Below, piece after piece: positions 45,775 through 55,743 of a stretch of DNA of 55,876 nt (positions are counted from its first letter, which is position 1; each line of letters starts with the position of its first letter). Source of the stretch: an uncultured Mycobacterium sp. (lineage in GTDB: Bacteria > Pseudomonadota > Gammaproteobacteria > UBA4575); NCBI GenBank assembly GCA_964196535.1, contig CAXMUG010000083.1, forward strand, positions 1 to 55,876, in the 5' to 3' direction. The position numbers and the translations under genes were made by a program. The notes under the pieces are model-generated. The model searched no databases, had not been told where the DNA came from, and worked only from the letters and a program-made list of their open reading frames with translations.

Positions 45775-46146
45775 TCAAAGAGCAGTAAATATGTCCGTTA
45801 TTCCGGCTAGCTCTAGGATGACTACAACCAAACCTATGACTAATACAACTACCCATGCATCACCAGCGGCAGGTAATTCATCAAAATGCTTAGCCATTTG
45901 ACTTACTTCTTTGTCTGTTAGTGAATCTACTCGTTCTTGAGCTTGCGCAACAGTAAGACCATTGTGTGCTAGTAATGAGCGAACTTCATTGCGCGACATA
46001 AGAGCTCGTAGATTTTCACGATCTTGCTGGATAGATTGCTCAGATAAAAAACTATCGGTACCAACAATGCCAGCAAAAGCAGGCGAAATTTGTACAAATA
46101 TAAATGAAAGTATTAATAGGTAAATAAGTGATTTACTTAGTCTCAT
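45775..46146 (-). CDS. PA2779-type small protein (signal peptide, helical domain, C-terminal TM anchor)
   Basis: The 123-aa ORF has a signal peptide (ISPAFAG) and a C-terminal hydrophobic segment (AWVVVLVIGLVVVILELAGI). It lies 17 nt upstream of the peptidase gene. Confidence 0.68.
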   Translation of the reverse strand: MRLSKSLIYLLILSFIFVQISPAFAGIVGTDSFLSEQSIQQDRENLRALMSRNEVRSLLAHNGLTVAQAQERVDSLTDKEVSQMAKHFDELPAAGDAWVVVLVIGLVVVILELAGITDIFTAL

Positions 46147-46268
46147 GCTTGGCTCCTCTAGTTAGCATTTTCCCTATTATTGTTAGGGTTTATGCTAGTA
46201 AGGTCAAGTCTAATTTGATGATGTGCAGCTAAGTTCTTTAATGTGTATTCATGTGTATATTTGAGCCA

Positions 46269-47315
46269 TCAATCTCGTGGGAAAACCACTAGATGCTCTA
46301 AGTCCAGCTTTATGCCGATTGGCTCACCAATTTTATGGTTATGGTGGCTTGGAGCGTAACACAGCACAAAATTTCCACTTTGAAGACGTAATTTGTAGAG
46401 GAATTCGGCGCCACGAAAACGCTTTTCTTCAACCAGTGCAGTAATGTGGCTACTGTCGTCATGCGGAATGTCATCGGGCCGTACCAATAGATCAACCTTG
46501 TCGCCAATTGCATGGGTACTGTTAAGCGCACCCATTACTTCACCAAATTCAGTATCCAACGTTTCATCATTCACAACCGTGGCGGGTACCATGCAACCTA
46601 AGCCGACAAAGTCGGCAACGAAACGGGTTTTGGGTTTATGGTAAATATTATATGCGCTGTCCCATTGGGCAATGTTGCCGTTTTCCATTACACCGACTTC
46701 ATCAGCCATGGCGAAAGCTTCGTGTTGATCATGCGTAACGAGTACTGCAGTTACATTTTCAAGTTTGAGAATTTTGCGGACTTCAGTTGCAACCTGTTCT
46801 CTTAAGTCAGGATCTAAACTTGAAAAAGGTTCGTCGAGTAAAAGAATTTCTGGTTTGGGTGCAAGTGCGCGGGCCAAGGCAACGCGTTGTTGTTGGCCAC
46901 CAGATAGTTGATGAGGATATTTTTTTTCTTGCTGCTCGAGTTCGGTTAATTCAAGGACATGTTTAGTTCTTGCCTGTTGTTCAGGTCTTGCAAGTGATTT
47001 AAGGCCAAAACAAATATTTTGCTCGACAGTTAAATGTGGAAACAAAGCTAAATCTTGAAACATCATACCGATGTGTCGGTTTTCCGGTGCCAGGGAGTAC
47101 CCCGGTTTGCTAAACAACTTGTCGCGCACATAGATTTCACCTTCGGCAACGGGCTGAAACCCAGCAAGGGTTCGCAGTAACGTTGTTTTTCCGCAACCAC
47201 TTGGGCCCAGCATTGAGGCAATTTGTCCTTGCTGTATTTGCAACGAAACATCCTGCAAAACATTTCTGCCTTGAAGTTCTACACTAAGGTTGCGTACATC
47301 CAGTCTTGTGGTCAT
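46269..47315 (-). CDS. ABC transporter ATP-binding protein (FbpC/PotA-like, Fe3+ import type)
   Basis: The ORF has Walker A (GPSGCGKTT), the ABC signature (LSGGQQQRVALARA) and Walker B (LLLDEPFS), plus a C-terminal TOBE-like domain. Confidence 0.9.
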   Translation of the reverse strand: MTTRLDVRNLSVELQGRNVLQDVSLQIQQGQIASMLGPSGCGKTTLLRTLAGFQPVAEGEIYVRDKLFSKPGYSLAPENRHIGMMFQDLALFPHLTVEQNICFGLKSLARPEQQARTKHVLELTELEQQEKKYPHQLSGGQQQRVALARALAPKPEILLLDEPFSSLDPDLREQVATEVRKILKLENVTAVLVTHDQHEAFAMADEVGVMENGNIAQWDSAYNIYHKPKTRFVADFVGLGCMVPATVVNDETLDTEFGEVMGALNSTHAIGDKVDLLVRPDDIPHDDSSHITALVEEKRFRGAEFLYKLRLQSGNFVLCYAPSHHNHKIGEPIGIKLDLEHLVVFPRD

Positions 47316-47359
47316 GGTTTTTTATACACTATTTTCTCTGGCATTATCGTACACTGGTT

Positions 47360-49036
47360 TTACTGACTCTTAGTGATAGAACGATTTAGGATTAAAATTG
47401 GTAGTATGCCTACTGCAACGATTAGTAGTGCGCTACAAGCTGAATCCGCTAAACGTTCATCTGATGCAAGCTCATAAGTTCGAACTGCTAAGGTATTAAA
47501 ATTAAATGGACGTAATACTAAGGTTGCGGGTAGTTCTTTTATTACTTCTACAAATACAAGTAGTGCTGCAGTAAGGACGCCGCTGCGAATTAAGGGCAGA
47601 TGAACGCTGAAGAAACGGTCAAATGTTTTGTGTCCTAATAGTTGTGCAGCATCGTCAACATTGCGGTGAATTTTTGCAAGACTTGCATCTACGGAGTTAA
47701 GGCCGATTGCCATGAAACGTACAACATGTGCAAAAACCAGTGCGGCAAGTGTGCCGGTTAATAATAAACCGCTAGATATTCCAAAGTTGTTTTCTAACCA
47801 TGAATCCAATGCATTATCGAACCATGCGAAAGGTAGTAGCACACCTACCGCAATAATAATTCCAGGAATGGCATAACCCATCGCGCTGGTATTTACACTG
47901 TAGAGAACGATGAAATGAGAGCTTACGCGTTTCCCATACGCCAGAAAAGTTGCTGCTGCTACAACTAAAGCAGCAACCATTAATGCAAGTCTAATGGTGT
48001 TGAACACCAAAACGTAAAACGAACTATTTATGATGTCTGGCGCTGTTTTGATGGCCCAGGAAAATAGCTGTAACGCTGGAATAATAAATCCTAACAAAAC
48101 AGGTATTGAGCAAATTAAAATAGCTAATGCAGCTTTGCTGCCTGATAAAGGATAGCGCCATTTCTTTTGTGCGTTGGAGAGGTTTTGATATTTTTCTGAT
48201 TTCCGACTGTAACGTTCGATAACTATTACTAGAAATACACAAAGTAATAATAGGCTGGCTAATTGTGTGGCGGCAACTCGATCACCAAGTCCAAACCAAG
48301 TGCGAAATATCCCAGTTGTAAAAGTAGGAATGCCAAAATAATGCACGGTTCCATAGTCCGCTAAAGTCTCCATGGCCACGAGTGTTAAACCTGCAATAAT
48401 CGCGGGCCTTGCTAATGGTAATGCCACCTTTAGGAATGTTTTACTTAGGCCTATGCCTAGAATATGGCTGGCTTCGCGAAAGCTTGCCGATTGCTCTGAA
48501 AAGGCGGTGCGTGTAAGTAAGTAAATATATGGATAGAGTACCAATGAAAGCATGGTGATTGCACCGCCGAGTGTGCGCACTGGTGGAAACCAGTAATCTC
48601 CATATCCCCAGCCAAATAGTTCACGCATAAAACTTTGTACTGGACCTGCAAAGTCCAGCAAGCCTGTGTAGGTGTAAGCGATAATGTAGGGTGGGAAGGC
48701 GAGAGGTAGAAGTAACAGCCAACTAAATACTTTACGACCTGGAAATTCACATACGCTACATAACCAAGCCGTTGTAATGCCGATAATGAGTGTGCCAGCG
48801 CTGACCCCGACTACAAGCAGTAACGAGTTTTTTATGTATTCTGTGAGAACCGTTGTTTTGAGATGTTGCCAAACATCACTGCTTGGCAGCAGTACGGAAG
48901 ATAAAACAGTAAGAACCGGAATACTAATCAATAAGGCAATTACAATTGTGCCTAGAATCCATCCGAAATTGCTTTTTTGCTGCAAATAGTTGTGCAACAG
49001 AATGTGTTGGTTGTCATTTTTACGAGTAGTGTCCAT
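47360..49036 (-). CDS. Iron(III) ABC transporter permease (fused double-domain, FbpB-like)
   Basis: The 558-aa polytopic ORF has two tandem permease modules, each with an EAA-like loop (REASHILG..., DDAAQLLG...). Confidence 0.88.
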   Translation of the reverse strand: MDTTRKNDNQHILLHNYLQQKSNFGWILGTIVIALLISIPVLTVLSSVLLPSSDVWQHLKTTVLTEYIKNSLLLVVGVSAGTLIIGITTAWLCSVCEFPGRKVFSWLLLLPLAFPPYIIAYTYTGLLDFAGPVQSFMRELFGWGYGDYWFPPVRTLGGAITMLSLVLYPYIYLLTRTAFSEQSASFREASHILGIGLSKTFLKVALPLARPAIIAGLTLVAMETLADYGTVHYFGIPTFTTGIFRTWFGLGDRVAATQLASLLLLCVFLVIVIERYSRKSEKYQNLSNAQKKWRYPLSGSKAALAILICSIPVLLGFIIPALQLFSWAIKTAPDIINSSFYVLVFNTIRLALMVAALVVAAATFLAYGKRVSSHFIVLYSVNTSAMGYAIPGIIIAVGVLLPFAWFDNALDSWLENNFGISSGLLLTGTLAALVFAHVVRFMAIGLNSVDASLAKIHRNVDDAAQLLGHKTFDRFFSVHLPLIRSGVLTAALLVFVEVIKELPATLVLRPFNFNTLAVRTYELASDERLADSACSALLIVAVGILPILILNRSITKSQ

Positions 49037-49065
49037 TGGGAGATTGCAAATGTATTTCTACTAGC

Positions 49066-50103
49066 TTATTTCCATTTAGCGCGGTCCATGATCATCACAG
49101 CTTGCGCATTATGTTCACCTAGTTGATACAAGCTTAACGAATCAGCTTTAAATTCACCCCATGACTGTAAGATCTCACTAGGTTGTATCCCTGGTTTGAT
49201 CGGATACTCGAGATTTTTTTCTGCATACCACTGTTGTGCGACATCACTTACTAAAAACTCTAATAATTGGATGGCAGCTGCCTTGTTTTTAGATGAAGCG
49301 GTAATAGCGGCACCGCTAATATTTACATGTGTACCTCTATCTTTTTGGTTTGGCCAAAATATTTTTACCTTCTCAGCTGCTTGAGATTCCGATTCATCTT
49401 TAGAGGTTAGCATATTGCCGAGGTAGTAATTATTTACTAATGCAATATCACATTGCCCTGCTGCAATCGCTTTTATTTGATCACGATCTCCGCCTTGAGG
49501 TGGTCTAGCAAAGTTTTTTACAAATGATTCAGTCCAATTAAAGGTTTTTTCTTCGCCTATATTTGCAAGTAAAGAAGCGACGAGAGATTGGTTATATATG
49601 TTGTCCGAAGATCGCATACAAATTTTTTGTTCCCATTCCGGATTAACTAATGCTTCATAACTTGAGAGTTGCTCGGGTTTTACGCGTTCTATTGCATAGA
49701 CGATTGGTCGTGCACGCAGTGTTAAGCCAAACCAGTAACCCTCAGGATCTCGATATTGTTCTGGGATAGAGGTTGTTAACGTTTCGGATTCAATTACTTG
49801 TAAGACTTTTGCATTTTTTGCACGGTATAAACGACCCGCATCTGTAGTAATTAAAATGTCTGCGGGGCTGTTTTTACCTTCGCTAATTAAGCGCTGCAAT
49901 AGTGCATCTGCTTTCCCTGTAATAAGATTAACTTCAATACCTGAACCTTGTGTAAACTTTTCCAGTATGGGTTTGATCAGGTCTTCTTTTCTTGCAGAGT
50001 AAATATTCACTTCAGCAGCGCTTGCGACTGCAGCTAACAGCAACATTCCTAGCGCGATGGCTGTGTAAAATTTAGGTAGAAAATTCGTATTCATTATATG
50101 CAC
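49066..50103 (-). CDS. Fe(3+) ABC transporter periplasmic substrate-binding protein (FbpA-like)
   Basis: The 345-aa ORF has a signal peptide (LLLAAVASAAE) and an FbpA-type sequence (VNIYSARKEDLIKPILEKF). It is the first gene of the transporter operon. Confidence 0.88.
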   Translation of the reverse strand: MHIMNTNFLPKFYTAIALGMLLLAAVASAAEVNIYSARKEDLIKPILEKFTQGSGIEVNLITGKADALLQRLISEGKNSPADILITTDAGRLYRAKNAKVLQVIESETLTTSIPEQYRDPEGYWFGLTLRARPIVYAIERVKPEQLSSYEALVNPEWEQKICMRSSDNIYNQSLVASLLANIGEEKTFNWTESFVKNFARPPQGGDRDQIKAIAAGQCDIALVNNYYLGNMLTSKDESESQAAEKVKIFWPNQKDRGTHVNISGAAITASSKNKAAAIQLLEFLVSDVAQQWYAEKNLEYPIKPGIQPSEILQSWGEFKADSLSLYQLGEHNAQAVMIMDRAKWK

Positions 50104-50153
50104 CAGTCTATGATTATAAATTCCATACTATAATAATGGGTAATATTAATATA

Positions 50154-50169
50154 AATGATACCTATTCTC
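50154..50169. promoter_or_regulatory. Weak Fur-box-like sequence upstream of the iron transporter operon
   Basis: AATGATACCTATTCTC matches 12 of 16 positions of the 3' part of the GATAATGATAATCATTATC consensus by hand alignment. The surrounding sequence is AT-rich, so chance matches are likely. Confidence 0.25.
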
Positions 50170-50263
50170 ATTAGCATTTAGAATATCTAAATTGCACAGG
50201 TTGGCCAACAGGCGGCCTATAGACTGGTTAGAATGGTTATATCAAAGGTCTAATAAATTACAG

Positions 50264-53161
50264 ATGATAAAGCTGCCTGCTGCTTCCATACCTTCAAGAT
50301 TTCAGCAAGATTTTGAAGTCATTCTTGATGAGCTCAATGGTGATGCAAATATTCTTAAACACCAAGATGAGGTGTTTGCGGTTTGGTATGCGAGCCCCTT
50401 TATAAAGCGTGTATGTGTTTCTCAACCCAGTTGCCTGCAAAAGTTATATACCAACGAAGCATTGCATAAAGATTACGATATTGAAGATTATCGTCAATTG
50501 TTAAATGAAGTATTTTCAAACACGGATAGTGTTGAACAATTGCAACAGCATTTGCGACAACTAAGAGCAGCAGCCTTTGCTAGAATTGCTTGGAGAGATT
50601 TGCAGCACTATGCAAGCGTGCAGCAAACACTGAATGAATTAAGTGTGTTTGCAGAAACTTGTGTTCAAGGAACTTTGCAATGGTGTTTTGAATGGCTTCA
50701 GTCAAGACCGCTTGCCAATGATTTTGTAAAATCCTTGCCGCAAAACATTGTTATTTTTGCATTAGGGAAACTTGGTGGAGGTGAGCTTAACTTCTCATCC
50801 GATATCGATATTGTTTTTGCCTATTCTGATAACTATGAAAATAATCAACAAGTAGTTGGGCAGGAGCAAGCCGGCAAGGCGACAGAGTTTTATCTTAAGG
50901 TCGTTCAATTATTTATCAAAGTTCTTTCAGAGCAAACCCAAGATGGATTTGTGTTTCGTGTTGATACGAGACTAAGGCCATTTGGAAATTCTGGAACACT
51001 TATTCCTAGTTTTCTATCTATTGATCAATATTTTCAGATTCATGGGCGTGATTGGGAACGTTATGCATGGATGAAGGCGCGAGTGATTGCCGGAGATGGG
51101 CAGATTGGCGAGCAATTTCTTCAAGAAATCACTCCCTTCATATATCGCCGTTATCTTGATTATGGGGCGATTCAGTCATTACGAGAAATGAAGGCTTTGG
51201 TTGATGCGAAAGCACGTCAAGATTCCGCAAAAGAAAATTTAAAGATTGGTTTTGGTGGTATTCGCGAAATTGAATTTATTGCTCAGATGTTTCAACTAAT
51301 TTATGGAGGGAAAGATTCGTTATTACGTATTCGTTCTACACTTAAAGCTTTGCAGCAGTTGAAAGAGCGAGGCTTATTAAGTGTTGAATGGGTTGAGAAT
51401 CTGACAGAAGCTTATTTGTTTTTACGTAAGGCGGAGAATGGCCTGCAGCTTCGTGAAGATCAGCAAATCCATACGTTACCAATTGATGATCAGCAACGGT
51501 TGCACTATGCGTATTTAATGGGAGTGCAAGGTTGGCAAGAATTCTATGCTGAGTATAAAAGACATACAAATATAGTAAATACTGTTTATCAATCGTTATT
51601 AAAAAACGATGAATCTGTCAAAGAAGATGGGCATAGTCAAAACGAGTTTGAGAAGGTATGGCTACAGATTGACGATGAAGAATATTGCTTAAATATATTA
51701 ACAAAAAATTATTTTAGTGACGCAAAGCTTATTTATGAGCAGCTAAATAATTTCATTGAAAGCAGCCTTGTGCAAAAGCTTGTTCCGGTAGCAAGGGCTA
51801 GGCTAGATAGCTTCATGCCAATATTTTTGCAACAACTTTTACAATTTGAAGAGCCGCTTACAATTTTTAATCGTTTTTTAAACATATTAAAAAAAATTGT
51901 ACAGCGCTCTACGTATATTTCTTTACTGATCGAAAATAAAAATAAGCTTTCGAAACTTTTCGCACTTATACATGCAAGCCCTTGGGCCTCGCAATATCTT
52001 GCGACTCATCCATTACTTCTCGATGAGATATTAAGTTTGGATGATGCGTATGAGCCCCCAAGCATGCTTGAAATGCAGCAGCAACTAACCGCAAGTATGG
52101 CTAATGTCAATGCTGATATGGAAAGATACATGGAAACTTTGCGCGAATTTAAACATACGCTAGTGATTCAAATTGCTGCCGCAGATATTGTGGAAAATTA
52201 TCCAATAATGAAAGTAAGTGATCATTTGTCATGGTTAGCGGAGACTTGCGTCAATAGTGCAGTTACGTACTCCTACAATGAGTTATTAAGGAAACATGGT
52301 GAACCACAATGCGTATTTGGTGGGCAAATGTATGTGCCTGAAGTATTAATTGTTGAGTATGGAAAGTTAGGTGGTTTGGAGCTGGGTTATGGTTCGGATT
52401 TAGATATTGTATTTTTGCACAATAGTATGGGGGAGTTTTGTGAAACAAGTGGGGATAAAACTGTTGGCGGCAAAAAAATACATAACGATATTTTTTTTAC
52501 TCGTCTTGTGCAGAAGACTATCCATATATTGTCTACCGTTACAGCAGGCGGCAAGGTTTTTGATACCGATTTACGACTACGTCCTCATGGGGAATCAGGG
52601 TCAATTATAAGTTCGGTGCATGCATACGAAAATTATCTAATTAATGATGCTTGGATGTGGGAGCATCAAGCATTGGTGCGCGCCCGTGCAGTAGCGAGTA
52701 GCCAGAAGCTCAATAATGAGTTTTTAAGAATAAGGCAAAGAGTGCTGTGTCAATCACGTGAACTCAGTGATGTTCAGTCTTCCATTGTTAAAATGCGCAA
52801 CAAAATGTTGGATGCAAAACCAGCTAATACAGAAGCTGGTTTTAATATTAAAAAAGATGTGGGTGGAGTAATTGATATCGAATTTATCGTGCAATTTTTT
52901 GTGCTGAGTTATGCCGATAAGCATCCTCAGATCAGTGTCCATACTGATAATATAAGAATTCTTGATGCATGTGCGCAGGCAGGTTTGTTAGGGCAGAAAA
53001 ATGCTCAAGAACTGAAAGATATTTACCTTAAATACCGTAAGTATTTGCATCAATTAAGCTTGAATTTGTTACCTGCAACTGTTGGTGTGGATGTATTCAC
53101 AAATGAGCGAATCGTTGTACAAAATAATTGGGCAAGTCTGTTACACTCAGAAGCTACTTAA
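50264..53161 (+). CDS. glnE: Bifunctional glutamine synthetase adenylyltransferase / adenylyl-removing enzyme
   Basis: Two nucleotidyltransferase cores are present (GKLGGGELNFSSDIDIVF and GKLGGLELGYGSDLDIVF). I prefer the ATG at 50264 over the upstream TTG at 50192. Confidence 0.92.
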   Translation: MIKLPAASIPSRFQQDFEVILDELNGDANILKHQDEVFAVWYASPFIKRVCVSQPSCLQKLYTNEALHKDYDIEDYRQLLNEVFSNTDSVEQLQQHLRQLRAAAFARIAWRDLQHYASVQQTLNELSVFAETCVQGTLQWCFEWLQSRPLANDFVKSLPQNIVIFALGKLGGGELNFSSDIDIVFAYSDNYENNQQVVGQEQAGKATEFYLKVVQLFIKVLSEQTQDGFVFRVDTRLRPFGNSGTLIPSFLSIDQYFQIHGRDWERYAWMKARVIAGDGQIGEQFLQEITPFIYRRYLDYGAIQSLREMKALVDAKARQDSAKENLKIGFGGIREIEFIAQMFQLIYGGKDSLLRIRSTLKALQQLKERGLLSVEWVENLTEAYLFLRKAENGLQLREDQQIHTLPIDDQQRLHYAYLMGVQGWQEFYAEYKRHTNIVNTVYQSLLKNDESVKEDGHSQNEFEKVWLQIDDEEYCLNILTKNYFSDAKLIYEQLNNFIESSLVQKLVPVARARLDSFMPIFLQQLLQFEEPLTIFNRFLNILKKIVQRSTYISLLIENKNKLSKLFALIHASPWASQYLATHPLLLDEILSLDDAYEPPSMLEMQQQLTASMANVNADMERYMETLREFKHTLVIQIAAADIVENYPIMKVSDHLSWLAETCVNSAVTYSYNELLRKHGEPQCVFGGQMYVPEVLIVEYGKLGGLELGYGSDLDIVFLHNSMGEFCETSGDKTVGGKKIHNDIFFTRLVQKTIHILSTVTAGGKVFDTDLRLRPHGESGSIISSVHAYENYLINDAWMWEHQALVRARAVASSQKLNNEFLRIRQRVLCQSRELSDVQSSIVKMRNKMLDAKPANTEAGFNIKKDVGGVIDIEFIVQFFVLSYADKHPQISVHTDNIRILDACAQAGLLGQKNAQELKDIYLKYRKYLHQLSLNLLPATVGVDVFTNERIVVQNNWASLLHSEAT

Positions 53162-53240
53162 TTTACAATGCTGTTCTGCGTATTTTTGATTACGTTTTCT
53201 TAGCTATTATTTAGAATTATTTATAGGGAGTTAAGCTCAG

Positions 53241-54173
53241 GTGTTGATGTCTGATAGAGATGGATGGATTTGGTATGACGGTGAATTTGTGCCGTGGCGC
53301 GAAGCAACTACGCATGTGCTCACGCACACACTGCATTATGGGGCAGGTGTATTTGAAGGTGTGCGCGCATACCAAGCAGAGCAAGGTACTGCAATTTTTC
53401 GACTGCATGATCATACCGAAAGATTGTTTAATTCCGCAAAAATAATCGGCATGCCTATGCCATTTTCTGCAGAAGAAATTAATCAAGCTCAAATTGACGT
53501 TATTAATAAAAACGAATTGAGTTACGGTTACATGCGCCCTATGTGTTTTTACGGTTCAGAGGGGATGGGATTGCGTGCGGATAACCTGAAAACACATTGC
53601 ATTGTTGCTGCATGGGAGTGGGGTTCGTATTTGGGTGAAGAAAACATGAAGAATGGTATTCGAGTTAAAACTTCATCTTACTCGCGCCATCATGTCAATG
53701 TTGCAATGTGCAAAGCAAAGATAAATGGCAACTATGTAAATTCCATGTTGGCTTTGAATGAGGCATTGCATGATGGTTATGATGAAGCCTTATTGTTAGA
53801 TGTTGATGGATTTGTTGCCGAAGGTAGTGGTGAAAATGTATTTATTGTTAAGAAAAATAAACTGTATACACCAGAGCTAACCTCTGCGCTGGATGGGATT
53901 ACACGTAAAACAATTATTTCTCTTGCTGAAGTAATAGATGTCCCAGTGATTGAAAAACGCATTACGCGGGATGAAATGTATACCGCTGACGAAGCATTTT
54001 TTACTGGCACGGCAGCAGAAGTCACGCCTATACGTGAATTAGATAATCGCACGATAGGTGAAGGCGTTCGTGGTGACATCACAACAAAACTTCAGGCCAT
54101 GTATTTTGATTCTGTCTATGGCCGACATATCTATGATGATTCGTGGTTATCTTACGCAACTAGAATGGCTTGA
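53241..54173 (+). CDS. ilvE: Branched-chain amino acid aminotransferase
   Basis: The 310-aa class IV ORF closely resembles enterobacterial IlvE (WYDGEFVPW...HVLTHTLHYGAGVFEGVRAY, ...GITR...). Confidence 0.95.
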   Translation: MLMSDRDGWIWYDGEFVPWREATTHVLTHTLHYGAGVFEGVRAYQAEQGTAIFRLHDHTERLFNSAKIIGMPMPFSAEEINQAQIDVINKNELSYGYMRPMCFYGSEGMGLRADNLKTHCIVAAWEWGSYLGEENMKNGIRVKTSSYSRHHVNVAMCKAKINGNYVNSMLALNEALHDGYDEALLLDVDGFVAEGSGENVFIVKKNKLYTPELTSALDGITRKTIISLAEVIDVPVIEKRITRDEMYTADEAFFTGTAAEVTPIRELDNRTIGEGVRGDITTKLQAMYFDSVYGRHIYDDSWLSYATRMA

Positions 54174-54248
54174 TATAAATTGCTACCAAAGCCTGTTGGA
54201 AGCATTGGCTGAAAAATAAATTCGGTTCTTTTATTTATAATTTAAAAA

Positions 54249-55679
54249 ATGCCTAAGTCATTATTCTATGCAATTGCAATTTCTGCTTTATTCATATTTT
54301 ACGTCTTTCTGTTCTTGTCTAAAGATTTATATAGAAATAGTTTTTATATTTTATCGTTAATTGGCTTAATTGTTTTGTTTCGTCCGGGAAGTTGCCAATA
54401 TTTAGATTCTAAAATCGCCAATAAAAAATCATTTTTTGTATTGGCGATTATGCTTACCATCATTTCAATATTAGTGTATTTCGTTTACTTTTTTTCGCGT
54501 AATTACTTTTCATCTGGCGCATGGCTTTTTTTGTTATTGATACCTGTTAGTTGGTGTATGCTCATATCAGATATAGAGAGCAAACTATTTTACGTTGGTT
54601 TTATAGCTGTTTTTGTAAGTGCACTTTTGTCGTCCCTATTTTCAGGGATGGGCGAAATTTCATATGGAGATATGCAATCTAAGTACTCAAAATTACTTTT
54701 GGTCTTAGTGTTTTTGCCAATGTTTAAGTATTTTTCTTTTACATCAAAAATTGTGTTTCCAATATTTGGTGTAGCAACATTAATAGCAGGTTTAGTTGCA
54801 GTTTTGGATGTATGGTTTTTTGAGTTTACACAAATTTGGATTTTTGATTCTTTTGAATATGAATCAATGGCTTCTGGGAACACTAACCCAATCCATTACG
54901 CAACATTTGTTGCTTGTACATCTGCTGTATGTGCCGTGGCATTTTTGAAGCATGAAAATATTCTATTAAAGTTCGTTTATGCAATAGCTGTAGTAGTTGG
55001 ATTAAGTGCAATAATATTATCTCAATCAAGAGGTGTTTGGCTGAGTATTCCGTTTGTGGCCCTATGTTTAATAATATTTGTATCGAATGGGCAGTTTAAG
55101 AGGGTATTATTATTGTCACTTCCGGCATTATTGGTTATGGCCCTAGCATCCCAACACCCTATAGTAAAAAAAGATATGATGGATGCGGTAATACAAGCTA
55201 AAGAATATCTGCAAGATAATAAGAATGCTTCTCATGTTGCCCATACATCGGTTAGTGCACGAATAGAATTATGGAAGGCTTCTTGGGAAATATTCACCAT
55301 ATCACCAGTTTTCGGTGTTGGGCCTGGGAACTACAAAGCATATAAAAATGGATTAATAAAAGATAATAAATATCCCGAATTTATAGAGAATTATTCAGAT
55401 GCGCATAATCAATACCTGATTGCGTTATCTGGTAGAGGCTTGTTTGGTTTACTTACAACATTAATGGTGTTGGTGATACCGGGTTTATTGTATTTTCGTA
55501 GGATTAGGACGATGAGTAATGCAAATGGATCATATCCGGCACTAGCTGGACTGGTAGTTGTTATAGTATTTTCAATATCGGGCCTCACTAATTCTACATT
55601 CCAGCATAAATATTTAATGATGTTTTATATCATTACGGTCTCATTATTTTATAGCATTAGTAGCTCGAAGGCAGAATGA
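54249..55679 (+). CDS. O-antigen ligase (WaaL/Wzy_C) family membrane protein
   Basis: The 476-aa ORF has at least 10 TM segments and a large periplasmic loop with the family His motif context (SDAHNQYLIALSGRG). The local sequence is very AT-rich, and an LPS glycosyltransferase follows. Confidence 0.8.
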   Translation: MPKSLFYAIAISALFIFYVFLFLSKDLYRNSFYILSLIGLIVLFRPGSCQYLDSKIANKKSFFVLAIMLTIISILVYFVYFFSRNYFSSGAWLFLLLIPVSWCMLISDIESKLFYVGFIAVFVSALLSSLFSGMGEISYGDMQSKYSKLLLVLVFLPMFKYFSFTSKIVFPIFGVATLIAGLVAVLDVWFFEFTQIWIFDSFEYESMASGNTNPIHYATFVACTSAVCAVAFLKHENILLKFVYAIAVVVGLSAIILSQSRGVWLSIPFVALCLIIFVSNGQFKRVLLLSLPALLVMALASQHPIVKKDMMDAVIQAKEYLQDNKNASHVAHTSVSARIELWKASWEIFTISPVFGVGPGNYKAYKNGLIKDNKYPEFIENYSDAHNQYLIALSGRGLFGLLTTLMVLVIPGLLYFRRIRTMSNANGSYPALAGLVVVIVFSISGLTNSTFQHKYLMMFYIITVSLFYSISSSKAE

Positions 55680-55743
55680 TGGTTGAACTTTGTCATTCGC
55701 GATATCAATGCTCTTTTAATCAAGAATATCACAGTAATATTTA

